Shown piece after piece: positions 49,212 to 60,078 of a DNA stretch of 64,000 bases (position 1 is the stretch's first letter; the number at the start of each line of letters is the position of its first letter). The position numbers and the translations under genes were made by a program. The stretch is from positions 620,001 through 684,000 of the forward strand of contig OY730414.1 in the NCBI GenBank assembly GCA_963422615.1, in the 5' to 3' direction. Source of the DNA: Longimicrobiales bacterium (GTDB lineage: Bacteria; Gemmatimonadota; Gemmatimonadetes; Longimicrobiales; Gaopeijiaceae). The notes under the pieces were generated by a model that worked only from the letters and a program-made list of their open reading frames with translations, had not been told where the DNA came from and searched no databases.

Positions 49212-51059
49212 TTGAAAAGTCGGCGTTGCGTCTTCCTCAAACGGGCGATTTCCCCTTGCGTTCTCTCCTTCCTCCTCTTCCCGGCTTTGCCGGGCTCGAC
49301 AACGGCCCAGACGGCGGACCGGGCTCGCGCATTGGTTCCGAATCCGGCGGCGGAAGGGGCTCCCCGGCTGGACGAGATTCTGGCCTTCCGGGAATCGGGG
49401 CTGGCCCAGGTCGTGGACCGTTTTCGCCAGGATTTGGAAGTGCTGGAGCGGAGGTGGGACATGCCCTATTCGCCCGCCCGTCAGGCCCGGATGCGCACGT
49501 TCCTTTCCAGCTGGGCCCAGGCGGTGCAAAATCTCGAGGTCGGGGAGGACGACCTGGAGAGCAACATCGACCTCGTCCTCCTTGGCAACGATGTGCGCTA
49601 CCGCTTGGAGCTTCTCGCCAGAGAGGACCGTCTCGTTGCCGAAGTGATGCCGCTTCTGCCCTTCGCCGACATCATCGTCGATCTCCTTGAAGCCAAGCAC
49701 CGCCATGAGTCTGCTGACGGGCCGTCCATTGCCGGAAAGCTGGCAGGGCTGGCGGAGATGGCGAATGAAGCAGCACGGCTGGGTGCAATGGACGCAAGGG
49801 GTGAATCGTCGGAAGCGGTCGAGGAGCCTGGAGCGTCCCCCATTGTGGGCTTGAGGGCCGTCCGTCTCCTCCAGGCCTACCGCCGTTCCCTTGGGACTTG
49901 GTACCGCCACTACGACGGGTACGACCCGATCTTCACCTGGTGGGTAAAGCAACCCTTTCAAGAAGCGGACGAGGCCATCGGCCGGTACATCATGCTCCTC
50001 AGGGAACGGATCGTGGGATGGCCGGAGGGGGAGGAAGAGCCCATCGTCGGCGATCCCATCGGGCAGGCGGGCATGACCGCCGACCTGATTCACGAAATGA
50101 TTCCCTATTCACCTGAGGAGCTGGTCGCCATCGCCGAGCGGGAGTTCGCTTGGTGCGAGTCCCGGATGCTGGAAGCATCCCGGGAGCTCGGGTACGGGGA
50201 CGACTGGCGCGCGGCCCTGGAATACGTCAAGACCCTGCACGCCGGCCCGGGTGGACAGCCCGAGGTGGTCGTGGAGCTGGCCCAGGAGGCGGTCGATTTC
50301 ATAAGCGAGCGCGGCCTCGTGACCGTGCCTCCCATGGCCGCCGAAGTCTGGCGTTTGGAGATGATGTCTCCGGAGCGCCAGCGGGTGAGCCCCTTCTTCT
50401 TGGGCGGCGAAGTCATCCGGGTCTCCTTCCCCACGGACGAGATGACCCACGAAGAGAAGCGCATGAGCATGCGGGGGAACAACATCCACTTTTCCCGGGC
50501 GACGGTTCACCACGAGCTCATTCCGGGACACCACCTCCAGGGCTTCATGACGGAGCGCTTCAACTCCCACCGCGACCTTTTTCGCACCCCGTTCTGGGGG
50601 GAGGGCTGGGCTCTGTACTGGGAAATGCTCCTCTGGGACTTGGGGTTCCCGGCCACGGCGGAGGATCGGGTGGGGATGCTGTTCTGGCGAATGCACCGGG
50701 CCGCCCGGATCATCTTTTCCCTGAGTTTTCACCTGGGCGAGATGACCCCGGGCGAGGCCGTCGCCTTTTTGGTTGACCGGGTGGGTCACGAACCCGCCAA
50801 TGCCACGGCAGAAGTCCGCCGCTCCTTCAACGGGAGCTACTCGCCGCTATACCAGGCGGCGTACATGGTGGGCGGCCTGCAAATCCGGGCCCTCCGCGAC
50901 CAACTGGTGGGGAGTGGCGAAATGACCGACAGGGCGTTCCACGACGCGATCCTCAAGGGCGGCAGAATGCCGATCGAGATGGTCCGGGCCCGGTTGTTGG
51001 GAGAAGTTCCCGAAAGGGACTTCCAAGCGGGCTGGCGCTTCTACGGGGATCCGCTGTAA
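49212..51059 (+). CDS. DUF885-family secreted protein (putative metallopeptidase)
   Basis: HELIPGHHLQ, EGWALY.E, RAARI, QA.AYM.G. TTG start after AAGGAG (uncertain). Confidence 0.88.
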   Translation: MKSRRCVFLKRAISPCVLSFLLFPALPGSTTAQTADRARALVPNPAAEGAPRLDEILAFRESGLAQVVDRFRQDLEVLERRWDMPYSPARQARMRTFLSSWAQAVQNLEVGEDDLESNIDLVLLGNDVRYRLELLAREDRLVAEVMPLLPFADIIVDLLEAKHRHESADGPSIAGKLAGLAEMANEAARLGAMDARGESSEAVEEPGASPIVGLRAVRLLQAYRRSLGTWYRHYDGYDPIFTWWVKQPFQEADEAIGRYIMLLRERIVGWPEGEEEPIVGDPIGQAGMTADLIHEMIPYSPEELVAIAEREFAWCESRMLEASRELGYGDDWRAALEYVKTLHAGPGGQPEVVVELAQEAVDFISERGLVTVPPMAAEVWRLEMMSPERQRVSPFFLGGEVIRVSFPTDEMTHEEKRMSMRGNNIHFSRATVHHELIPGHHLQGFMTERFNSHRDLFRTPFWGEGWALYWEMLLWDLGFPATAEDRVGMLFWRMHRAARIIFSLSFHLGEMTPGEAVAFLVDRVGHEPANATAEVRRSFNGSYSPLYQAAYMVGGLQIRALRDQLVGSGEMTDRAFHDAILKGGRMPIEMVRARLLGEVPERDFQAGWRFYGDPL

Positions 51060-51089
51060 CGGGTGGAGTCAGCCCCATAGCCCGCGGAG

Positions 51090-52110
51090 CTACCCCCGTC
51101 CCGCCCTCCACTCTTTGAGGATCCCTCGGTCTCGCTCCAAGTAGAGCTCGAAGCTGCTCCGGCGCTCTTCCGAGAGCGACCGGAACCACTCCAGGGTATC
51201 GAATGCGGTGACTGCCAGAGGTCGGAAGGTAAGTCCCGCGGCGACGGCCCTGTGCGACCTCACCTTCGAGATCCCCCGGAGGGGTCCGTCGCTGGGCGGG
51301 TACCAGAGAGGGAAGCGGGCCTCTCGTTCCACCAGGAACTCCTCGTCCACCCAGTTGAAGACCAGGGGCGTACTGGTGATGGCCCGCACGCCGTACAGGA
51401 ACTCGGCCATGGAAGTATCCGCCAAAGCGGGTCCGGCGACGTTGTAGGTGCCGCCGGTATCCTGCTCCAGAAGGTGGATCACGAACTCGGCGAGGTCCCG
51501 GACGTCGATGTATTGAACCGGTGTGACCGGATGCCCCGGGGCGATGATGTCCCCGCCGGAGTCGATCCGGACGGGCCAAAAGGTAAACCGGTCCGTGGGA
51601 TCCCCAGGGCCTGCCACGACGTGGAGTCGCACCACGGTGCCCCGTTCCTTGTATGTGTCGGTCACCGCGTTCTCGCACAGGACCTTGAGGGGTCCGTAGT
51701 AGCGGTTGACATCCTCGCTCAGGGGGTCTTCGACGGGAAGCAGTTCGGCGTCTTCCGCGAGTTCGTCCTGGTCGAAGTTGTATACCGAACCGGTGGAGGT
51801 GAAGAGGTATCGCCCCACCGCACTTTGCAGCAGCTCGGCCGAGTCCCGGACATGGCGGGGCACGTAGCCGCTGTTGTCTATGACGGCGTCCCACGTCCTT
51901 CCCCTCAGGGCGTCAAGCTCCCCGTCCCGGGTCGCCCACCAGTTTTTCCGCTCCCGGGAAGAGATGGGTGTTGGTCCTGCCCCGGTTGAAGAGGGTGACT
52001 TCGTGTCCCCGGTACATGGCGTAGCGGACCATGTGGGGTCCGATAAACCCGGTTCCCCCCAGGACCAAAATCTTCAGTGGCCAGCGGTCCGGCCGCCTTG
52101 TGGCACTCAT
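51090..52110 (-). pseudogene. NAD-dependent epimerase/dehydratase (extended SDR) split by a +1 frameshift
   Basis: GGTGFIG N-terminus and YGPLK domain lie in different frames. Removing one base of GGG at 51929-51931 restores GDRDGELDALRGRTWDAVIDNSGY, matching the paralog at 54775-55932. Confidence 0.85.
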
Positions 52111-53594
52111 ACCTCCCAGCCTTTCCTGTACTCTCGGGTCAGATAGCGGTTTGCGTCGGGGGCGTTGGTGATCCTCATGGCGTCGCCGTCGTAGTGGATC
52201 TTCTTTCCCTGGCCGGCTCGCAACGCCACAATCCCCAACAGCATGACCTCCGTCAGGCGGGAAGCATAAGCGAAGGGGCACGACGCTTCCCCTCCTCCCT
52301 TGCACGCCTTCACCCAGTTCATCTGGTGGGTCTCCATGATGCGGGGTTGGGTCATTGGAACCTCTTCCGCTTCGGCGGCCAGGGATTCGGGGAAAAGACG
52401 GGGGTTCCGCCCGTAGGTGTCGTGCATGAGGATCCCCCGGTTTCCGATGAACAGCACGCCTCCGCTCCGGTTCAATTCCGTATCATCCGGCAGCTGCCGA
52501 GGCCGGGGGGGCATAAGGCCGCCGTCGTACCAGTGGAGGTCTACGGGGGGGAGGGCCCCCCGGGCGGGGAACTCGTAGTGGGCTCGCATGGCCAGGGGGA
52601 AGGACATGGGGTCGTCTTCCGGTCCGCCCCAGGGGGTGGATGTGGCCTCGACGCTGGTCGGGTAGCCCAGTTCCAGGGCCCAGTAAGGGTGATCCACCAA
52701 GTGGGCGCCCATGTCGCCCAGGGCGCTGACGCCGAAGTCGACCCAGCCGCGCCAGTTGAAGGGGTGGTAGACGGGGTGGTACGGGAGGTCCCGGGTGGTG
52801 GGTCCCAGGTAGAGATCCCAGTCCATGCCAGCCGGGACGGCGTAGCCTGAATCCATAACGTCTGCGGCGAGGGACAGGATCGCGCCCTGGTGCCACTGCT
52901 GGTACCAGCCGGGTTGGAGTCCCTCCTTCCACGGGGCGGGCCGGAGAATGCCCTGGGGCCAGATGGGTCGGTTGGTCCAGATGTGGACCTGGGTCACATC
53001 GCCGATGACTCCGGCTCGAACCCATTCGTTGATCCGCCGACCGGCGTCTTCCGAGTGGCCCTGGTTCCCCATCTGGGTGACCACGCCCGTCCTTCGGGCA
53101 ATTTCGTCTAGCACCCGGGCTTCGCGCACCGTGTAGGTGAGGGGTTTTTCCACGTACACGTGCTTCCCCGCCTCCATGGCCGCCTTGGCGATGGGGGCGT
53201 GGAGGTGGTCGGGGGTCGCCACCAATACCGCGTCCAAGTCGCTCTCCCGGTCCAGGAGTTCCCGAAAATCGGTGTACTCGCGAGCCTGGAGGAACTGCTC
53301 CCGCCACCGCGCGCCCTTCTCCCGGGGATTTCCGTCGCCGTCGGTCAGCCGCTCCTGGACACGTCGGTGAACCACACCGAAGTCCACGTCGCAAATGGCG
53401 GCAATGTGTTCCGTCCCCAGCTCCTGGGCGTTCTCGGTGCCCTGACCGCCCACGCCGATGATGGCGATGTTGAGCCTGTCGGACGGCGCACGGTACCCGG
53501 CACCGCCCAGAACGTGCCGCGGAACGATCATCGCCCCCATGGCCAGCGTCGATCCCTGGCCCACGAACTTTCTTCGGTTGAGCGTGTCGGACAC
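52107..53594 (-). CDS. Gfo/Idh/MocA oxidoreductase with Tat signal
   Basis: NRRKFV, IG.GG.G, ATPDH.H, VYVEKP, QMGNQ, LGDMG.H. Confidence 0.93.
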   Translation of the reverse strand: MSDTLNRRKFVGQGSTLAMGAMIVPRHVLGGAGYRAPSDRLNIAIIGVGGQGTENAQELGTEHIAAICDVDFGVVHRRVQERLTDGDGNPREKGARWREQFLQAREYTDFRELLDRESDLDAVLVATPDHLHAPIAKAAMEAGKHVYVEKPLTYTVREARVLDEIARRTGVVTQMGNQGHSEDAGRRINEWVRAGVIGDVTQVHIWTNRPIWPQGILRPAPWKEGLQPGWYQQWHQGAILSLAADVMDSGYAVPAGMDWDLYLGPTTRDLPYHPVYHPFNWRGWVDFGVSALGDMGAHLVDHPYWALELGYPTSVEATSTPWGGPEDDPMSFPLAMRAHYEFPARGALPPVDLHWYDGGLMPPRPRQLPDDTELNRSGGVLFIGNRGILMHDTYGRNPRLFPESLAAEAEEVPMTQPRIMETHQMNWVKACKGGGEASCPFAYASRLTEVMLLGIVALRAGQGKKIHYDGDAMRITNAPDANRYLTREYRKGWEV

Positions 53595-53790
53595 GGTTGA
53601 ACTCCTTTACGGATGGGCGGCCCTCACTTCGGGGTCTCGTCCCGGACGCGTTTTGCCGCTGGTCAGGGGTCGCGGTCGACGGCCCGCCGAGCTCGAGCTT
53701 GCGCCGCGCCCCCGCCGCAACCGGTTTCCGGGCGCAAGCCGGTTCCCATACGTTTCAACGGAACTCCCCCCGCGAACCCGTGAGGCTACG

Positions 53791-54630
53791 ATGACCCGCT
53801 TCTCCCCTGGACGGCAAGCCCGCAGGCTCTTGGCTGCGGCACTTCTCCTGACCTTTTTTCCGGCGGCCCTTTCTGCCACGTGGTCCGTCATCGCTGTGGA
53901 TGCGCGAACCGGCCAGGTGATCATCGCGTCGGCGACGTGCGTGGCCCAGGAGAGATTCGCGGGCTTCCCCGCCCAGGGTCTCATGGACATTCAGGCTGTC
54001 GTGGTGCCCGGCGTAGGTGTCGCCGCCGCCCAGGCGGGGGTGGACCGAACCCGGGCGAACCAGCAGCTCATCTACACCGAAATGAAGAAGGGGACGCCAC
54101 CGGAGGAGATCATCGAGATGCTCTCGGCGGATCCGGATTTCCAGAGACGCCAGTTCGGAATCGTTGATCTCCAAGGCCGTTGCGCCGGCCACTCCGGGAG
54201 CGGGAACGGAGAGGCTTCCCTTGCCGTTGCCGACAGCCTTCCCGAGGCCGGGATCTTCTTCTCCGTCCAGGGGAACATCCTGGCTTCCGACGAGGTCGTG
54301 CACCGGGCGGTGGCGGCCTTCAAGGCCGAGAGCGGGACCATGGCCGATCGAGTGATGGCGGCCATGGAGGCCGCCGACGGAGAAGGGGGAGACCGGCGGT
54401 GCACCTGCGAATCGGAACCGCTGGTGCCGAATGTCTCCTGCGACGGGAAGACTTCCCACGTGGCCTACCTGCTGGTGGCGAACGCCCACGACCCCGAGGG
54501 CCAGTCTTTCAACGACGGTGACTATTCCCTCTACATTGACGTTACCGACCAGAACATCCAACCCGGGGAAAACGCCAACCCGGTGGCCACGCTCAGAATG
54601 CGCTACGAACAGTGGAAGGCGAACCGATAG
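53791..54630 (+). CDS. DUF1028-family (Ntn-hydrolase-like) secreted protein
   Basis: Signal peptide then TWSVIAVD..TG, RQ.GIVD, QGNIL, GGD.R. Confidence 0.85.
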   Translation: MTRFSPGRQARRLLAAALLLTFFPAALSATWSVIAVDARTGQVIIASATCVAQERFAGFPAQGLMDIQAVVVPGVGVAAAQAGVDRTRANQQLIYTEMKKGTPPEEIIEMLSADPDFQRRQFGIVDLQGRCAGHSGSGNGEASLAVADSLPEAGIFFSVQGNILASDEVVHRAVAAFKAESGTMADRVMAAMEAADGEGGDRRCTCESEPLVPNVSCDGKTSHVAYLLVANAHDPEGQSFNDGDYSLYIDVTDQNIQPGENANPVATLRMRYEQWKANR

Positions 54631-54774
54631 GGGTGACCCGGGGGCCCTGCTGCCCGGGAGCGTGACCGGATCGGCACCTTCTGCCCGTCACAGCTCCGAT
54701 GGGCGCTAGACGAAGGGCCGATCCCCAAGCGGGAGCCGGGGACCGGCCCCAGCTCCCGCCCCGGACGATCAAGC

Positions 54775-55932
54775 CTACCGGGCCGCCCACGCCTCCAGAA
54801 GGGCGCTTTCGACTTCCATCATCGCCTCCAGGCTGGCGGGCGCTTGGAAGCCGAGCTCTGGAGGCTTGCGCAGTCCTGCCCGCATCCCACCGCTGGGTCT
54901 GTCTTCCTCCCCCAATCCATTCCACCAAGCCAGAGTGTCGCGGATCGTCTCGGCTAAGGGCCGACTCGTGTAGCCGGCCTCAATCGCCCGGGTATTGTCC
55001 ACGACATGGGCCGCACCGAAGTTGCCCTGCCCAGGCGGGGCCCAGATGGGGAAGAACGCGCCCTGCTCATCCACGAAATCGGCGGCCATCCAGTGAAATT
55101 CGGCGTCGCTTCCGCTGACTTCTCGGCACGCCTCCAGCATCCCGGCCATGTCCACGGCTTCCTGCGGACCGACACCGTTGAATTCGCCCCCAATCTCGTC
55201 TTCCAGCATACGGACGACCCATCCCGCCAAGTCGCGGGCGTCAATGACCTGCACCGGGTCGGTGGGGGTGCCGGGTACGGCCACATCTCCTCCAGCGGCG
55301 GTGCGCACGGGCCAGTAGGTCCACCGATCCGTACCGTCGCCGGGACCTACGATGTAGCCAGGACGGACGATGTTGGCCCGATCGCCGAATACCTCCTGCA
55401 CGGCCTCTTCGCACAGCGCCTTCATGGGACCGTAGCTTGCGTTGGTCATCTCCTCCACCGTGGGGTCCTCCATTCGGCCCACCTCGTAGTCCTCGGTGAT
55501 GCCCGGCGTGGCCAGGTCCTTGTATGCGGAGATTGAAGAGATGAACAGATATCGCCCGGAGTCGGCCAGGAGGGTGGCCGAGTCCCGCACGTGGCGGGGT
55601 ACGAAGCCGCTGTTGTCGATCACGGCGTCCCAGGTGCGCCCCTCCAGGGCCGCGAGGTTCCCGTCCCGGTCACCTACAAGCTTTTCCACCTCCGGAAAGA
55701 GGTGGGTATTGGTTCTGCCCCGGTTGAAGAGGGTGATCGTGTGTCCCCGGGACCGAGCGTATTCCACCATGTGAGGGCCGATGAACCCGGTGCCGCCCAG
55801 AATGAGAATGGACATCGGAGCCGGAGCTCCGTCGCGCCGGTCTCCATAGGGGCCACAAGCCGCACCCAGGCTCACCGCCCCCGCTGCGGCAGCCGCCGTC
55901 TTCAGAAAGTCCCGCCTGTTTCGGCTCACCAT
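54775..55932 (-). CDS. NAD-dependent epimerase/dehydratase family protein with Tat (lipo)protein signal
   Basis: NRRDFLK...LGAAC, GGTGFIG, ISSISAY, YGPMK, RPG.IVGP.D, ID.RDLA. Confidence 0.92.
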   Translation of the reverse strand: MVSRNRRDFLKTAAAAAGAVSLGAACGPYGDRRDGAPAPMSILILGGTGFIGPHMVEYARSRGHTITLFNRGRTNTHLFPEVEKLVGDRDGNLAALEGRTWDAVIDNSGFVPRHVRDSATLLADSGRYLFISSISAYKDLATPGITEDYEVGRMEDPTVEEMTNASYGPMKALCEEAVQEVFGDRANIVRPGYIVGPGDGTDRWTYWPVRTAAGGDVAVPGTPTDPVQVIDARDLAGWVVRMLEDEIGGEFNGVGPQEAVDMAGMLEACREVSGSDAEFHWMAADFVDEQGAFFPIWAPPGQGNFGAAHVVDNTRAIEAGYTSRPLAETIRDTLAWWNGLGEEDRPSGGMRAGLRKPPELGFQAPASLEAMMEVESALLEAWAAR

Positions 55933-56272
55933 GATCGTCTTCCTCCGTACGTTATGAGTTGGCCACGAACGTAGGGCGTGGAGGCCGATCTGGAAAGGTT
56001 GCCTGGCGCCCTGACGCAAATGTGATTGCCCCCAAGCTTTACGGAGGTGCTTCTACGCGGATGTCTCCCCGCTGTCGTCACCACCCGGATCTGCATGGTG
56101 GTAGTAGTCCGTGCGGCACCAGATCCACAAGAAACACTTGCTCTTGGACCCGCAGAAATGAGTATTTCATTACATTCAGGCCCTATCTGCTCGGGGCCTA
56201 TCTACGCTGTAAGCGCCTGCGGCTTGGCTTCAAACACGGACCTTCTTTCTCATCTCTACCATTGCCTATTCC

Positions 56273-56790
56273 TTACGTCACGACGTAGAGTTGGTCTTCA
56301 TAAGCGACAAACTCTGATAAAGCCATAGGCAAAGTTGGGTCTCAAGATAGGCCCCCGTCTTGAAGTCGTATTTGTCAAGGGCGCGACGATCCAGACTTCT
56401 GCCGACTAGCACAAGGACAGTGTCGGACTCTACGGCTACTGCGAATGCAGCATAGGTAGGACGCTGGGCCAGAAATGTCCTGGTGATTCGGATGAAATCT
56501 GTCTCGGGATCCCTGTGCCAGCACAGTGGGAAAATCCGTGTGCTCTACAAAAGGGTACATGCCTCGTGAATGCATCCCGTTGATACGCCATCAGGCGAAG
56601 GCCCCTGCTGGCGATCCAAGGTCCGGGACGCCCCGCCAAGAACAGCTTTGCCGCTTCAGCGTAGGAGTCCTGTCGCTCCAATGGCGGCCGGCCGCACTCC
56701 CCGAGTTCTCATCCGAACTGCAGCGCGCACGTGCCGTCCTGTTCGCTTCGTTTGATGAAGAGCCATTCCGAGCTCTCATGTCGTCGGTCA
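56273..56790 (-). pseudogene. Decayed, lower-GC gene remnant (probable beta-propeller C-terminal part)
   Basis: Protein-like pieces in alternating frames: PPLERQDSYA.., YPFVEHTDFPTV.., AQRPTYAAFAVAVESDTVLVLVG...RALDKYDFKTGAYLETQL / LPMALSEFVAYEDQLYVVT*. Confidence 0.45.
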
Positions 56791-57050
56791 CGCCGTTCCG
56801 CGATCGGCGCCGCTCACCTTCCGACATTAGATTCTCCCTATGCCACCCGGACAAGGACTTGCTTGGGGCACCCGAAAGCCAATCCCGGTCCCTGCCCCCT
56901 GTCCCCACGGCGCCATTGTATGGATCTTCCGGGCTGGATACGGCTCCGTCGAATGTAGGTTCCAATGCGACGGTTAGGAGACCGTTCCGCCGAAGGACAC
57001 GACTCAAGACGACACGACTCGAGAGACCACTCACCTCGGACGGTAATACG

Positions 57051-58484
57051 ATGCCCCTGGTTCGCCGCGCCTTCCTGAAGACACTCGCTTCCGCGGGTGG
57101 TGCTGCCGTGCTCACCCCTTCCCTCGCCGGACTCGCCGCGTGCAACGACGCCAAGCTCCTGCGCCGGTCCGGGAGCGCGGGCAACTCCTTTCGACCCTAC
57201 AGGAAGCTCGCGGCCACTCCCGACTGCCCCGAGCTCGAAATTCCGGAACGGTTTCGCTGTGTGCGCATCAGCGCAGGAGGCGTGCCCTCGTCGGTCCGGG
57301 AAGGGCTGATTGTGCCTAACGCCTTTGACGGAATGGCGGCCTTCCCTCTCCCCAACGGCAATGTCCGGCTGATCCGCAACCACGAGATGACGGACGATGC
57401 GGACGGGGCCCGACCCATGGGGGAGCCGTACTACGACGCGAAAGGGAGCGGCGGGACGACTTCGCTGGAAGTCCGGATCACGGGGGAGAACGACCGCTTG
57501 AACGTGGAGCTGGTGGACGAGTTCGTTTCCCTCGCCGGCACCCGGGTGAACTGTGCCGGCGGCCCGACGCCTTGGGGAAGCTGGCTCTCCTGCGAGGAAA
57601 TCACATCGGGTCGGGCTTCGGGCTTCGACGAGCCCCACGGCTACATCTTCGAGGTTCCGGCGGACGCCAGAGGTCCCGTGGATCCGGTTCCCCTCCGGGC
57701 CATGGGGCGCTTCATTCATGAGGCGGTGGCCATCGATCCGGAGACGGGGATCGTCTACGAAACGGAAGATACCTGGTACGTCCCCGGCCGGGACGAGCTG
57801 CCCGGAGCGGGGTTCTACCGCTTCCTTCCTTCCCAACCGGGAAGGTTGGCGGTGGGGGGCAGCCTCCAGATGATGGCGGTGACCGGTGAACCGGGTTACC
57901 TGACGGCCCGGGGTCAGACGCCGGGAACGGCGCTCCCGGTCCACTGGGTGGACATCGACGATCCGGATCCCCCCGATGCCGATTCCGACCGACTGGCGGT
58001 TTTCAAGCAGGGATTCGCCAAGGGTGCCGCCAAGTTCGCCCGCCTCGAAGGGGCTTTTCACGGGGACGGCGGAATCTACATTGTCTCCACAAACGGCGGA
58101 GACGCCACCGCAGGGCAGGTCTTTCACTACCGACCCCTTTCCCCCGACACGGGGGAGTTGACCCTGGTCTTCGAGTCGCCGTCGAAGGAGGTTCTGGACA
58201 GCCCGGACAACATCGTGGTGAGTCCCCGGGGAGGGCTGGTCATGTGCGAGGACGGGAGCGACGACCAGTTCATCCGGGGGCTTGACCGGGAGGGGCGGAT
58301 CGTCGATTTGGTGAGATCCCCGCGGGATCCGGACGGTCCCCAGCCCGGAGAGTTCGCCGGCTCCTGCTTCAGTCCGGACGGTCGCGTCCTCTTCTTCAAC
58401 GTGCAGGGTTCCCGCGTAATCGGCGGATCGGTGGCGAGCGCCACGTACGCCCTTTGGGGGCCGTGGGAAGATGGTCCGATATAG
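57051..58484 (+). CDS. phoX: PhoX-like (DUF839) alkaline phosphatase with Tat signal
   Basis: VRRAFLK, DGM, RNHE, NCAGG.TPWG.WL.CEE, GRF.HEA, RLEG, PDN, CED. Confidence 0.88.
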   Translation: MPLVRRAFLKTLASAGGAAVLTPSLAGLAACNDAKLLRRSGSAGNSFRPYRKLAATPDCPELEIPERFRCVRISAGGVPSSVREGLIVPNAFDGMAAFPLPNGNVRLIRNHEMTDDADGARPMGEPYYDAKGSGGTTSLEVRITGENDRLNVELVDEFVSLAGTRVNCAGGPTPWGSWLSCEEITSGRASGFDEPHGYIFEVPADARGPVDPVPLRAMGRFIHEAVAIDPETGIVYETEDTWYVPGRDELPGAGFYRFLPSQPGRLAVGGSLQMMAVTGEPGYLTARGQTPGTALPVHWVDIDDPDPPDADSDRLAVFKQGFAKGAAKFARLEGAFHGDGGIYIVSTNGGDATAGQVFHYRPLSPDTGELTLVFESPSKEVLDSPDNIVVSPRGGLVMCEDGSDDQFIRGLDREGRIVDLVRSPRDPDGPQPGEFAGSCFSPDGRVLFFNVQGSRVIGGSVASATYALWGPWEDGPI

Positions 58485-58539
58485 CCGGGCTCCAGAGCGG
58501 GCTTTTGCGACCCGTCATATCGATGACCCGAGGCGGGAG

Positions 58540-59184
58540 ATGATCCGAAAACTCGCGACCGCGCTCTTGCTGGGGGCCGCACTGCTCCCCGCGACCGCGC
58601 CCGAGGCATCGGCGCAGATTTCGTTCGGGTTGCTGGGTGGCCTGAACCGCACGACCTTCACGGGCAACGGTACCGCCAGAATTGGAAGCCGCACAGGTTT
58701 CATGTTCGGCGGCGTGACGGATATTCCCCTTACAAAAAACCTATCGATTCGGCCGGAACTCTACTTCTCGACCAAGGGTTCGCAGTTATCCGTCCAGTCA
58801 AGCATTCTTCCCCTTGCGACGCTCGACCTGTTCTACCTTCAGCTTCCGGTTCTCGTCGATCTGCACCCGGCGTCCGAAGCCACCGTTCGCCCTCACCTCT
58901 TCGGTGGGTTGTCTCTCGGATTTCCCTTGCGTTGCCGATTGGATTCCCGGGATTGCGGTGAAACCGAGGGTCTGGATCCCCATACTTTCGACGCCAGCGT
59001 GCTCGTGGGGGTTGAAGTTGAGTTCCACAAGACGGGGATCGGGATTCGCTACGGAGCGGGTCTCATATCCGTGGGCAAATCGGCGGGAGCCGAGATCTAC
59101 AACGGGGTCCTGTCCTTCACGGTCAGGCACTTCGGGTGGCCTAGGGGTGCAGGGGGGAGTCGGGAAGGTTCTGCGGAACGGTAG
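58540..59184 (+). CDS. Outer-membrane beta-barrel (porin-family) protein
   Basis: Signal peptide ending ASA-Q, G..GGLN, RPEL.F..KG, YLQLPVL, alternating hydrophobic strands. Confidence 0.8.
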   Translation: MIRKLATALLLGAALLPATAPEASAQISFGLLGGLNRTTFTGNGTARIGSRTGFMFGGVTDIPLTKNLSIRPELYFSTKGSQLSVQSSILPLATLDLFYLQLPVLVDLHPASEATVRPHLFGGLSLGFPLRCRLDSRDCGETEGLDPHTFDASVLVGVEVEFHKTGIGIRYGAGLISVGKSAGAEIYNGVLSFTVRHFGWPRGAGGSREGSAER

Positions 59185-59279
59185 ACGAAAGGGGGCGGAC
59201 CCGTTCCCCCCGACGCCGAAATGCGCCCTGGGCGTCGCCGGTATCAGTGGCCGCCTTCCCGAGCAAGGCTCGCCCAAGG

Positions 59280-60071
59280 TTACGCGGTCCGAAAACCGTG
59301 GGGTCGGGGCCGGCCTGTCAGGGGTGTGCCAGATTCGGCGGGGACTCCATCGGTTACGAAGAACTCCGCGATGAAGTCCGTCGCCGGCCGGGCCGCCAGT
59401 GCCCCGGGCTGTCCCTTCTGCACGATTCTGCCACCTTCCAGGGCGTAGACCACCGGGGTTCCGAAGGCCCAAACATCCCGGGCGTCGTGGGTGGCGACGA
59501 TGGCGGGTGTGCCGCACTCGGCCAGATGGCGGGCCAAGTAGGCGCGGAAATCACGGCGAGCGGCGGCGTCCATCGCGGCGAGGGGCTCATCCAGCAGGAG
59601 CATCTCCGGCTCGGTCAGCAGAGCCCGGGCGAGAGCGACACGCTGCTTTTCCCCCCCGGAAAGGGAGTTCGGGCGACGCCCGGCCAAGTGAGCGAACCCC
59701 AGCTGCTCCAAGATTTCGGCCGCCGCCCGTTTCCGGGCCCGCCGATCCATTCGCCGCCGACGGGAGGTAAGTCCGAAGGCCACGTTGTCGATCACCCTCA
59801 AATGGGGGAACAGACCGCAACCCTGGGGAAGATAGCCGACGCGCCGCTCTTCCGGGGGACGGTCGATCCCTTCTTCCGAGTCGAAAAGGACCCGCCCGCC
59901 CGCGTGGATCCGACCCGCCAGGGGCCGGTACGCGCCGGCGATTATCCGCAGTAGGGTGGTCTTTCCCGAGCCGTTGGGGCCGATGAGGATGACCGGGTTC
60001 TCGTCTCCTTCCACGTCGGCTTCCAGGTTGAAGGACCCCGCGCGGGCGCGAATGCGCAGGTGCCACCGCAT
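59280..60071 (-). CDS. modC: Molybdate ABC transporter ATPase
   Basis: GPNGSGKT, PPE.R.VGY.PQ...LFPHL, LSGGEKQRVALAR, LDEP. No C-terminal TOBE domain. Confidence 0.9.
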   Translation of the reverse strand: MRWHLRIRARAGSFNLEADVEGDENPVILIGPNGSGKTTLLRIIAGAYRPLAGRIHAGGRVLFDSEEGIDRPPEERRVGYLPQGCGLFPHLRVIDNVAFGLTSRRRRMDRRARKRAAAEILEQLGFAHLAGRRPNSLSGGEKQRVALARALLTEPEMLLLDEPLAAMDAAARRDFRAYLARHLAECGTPAIVATHDARDVWAFGTPVVYALEGGRIVQKGQPGALAARPATDFIAEFFVTDGVPAESGTPLTGRPRPHGFRTA

Positions 60072-60078
60072 GGGAAAC

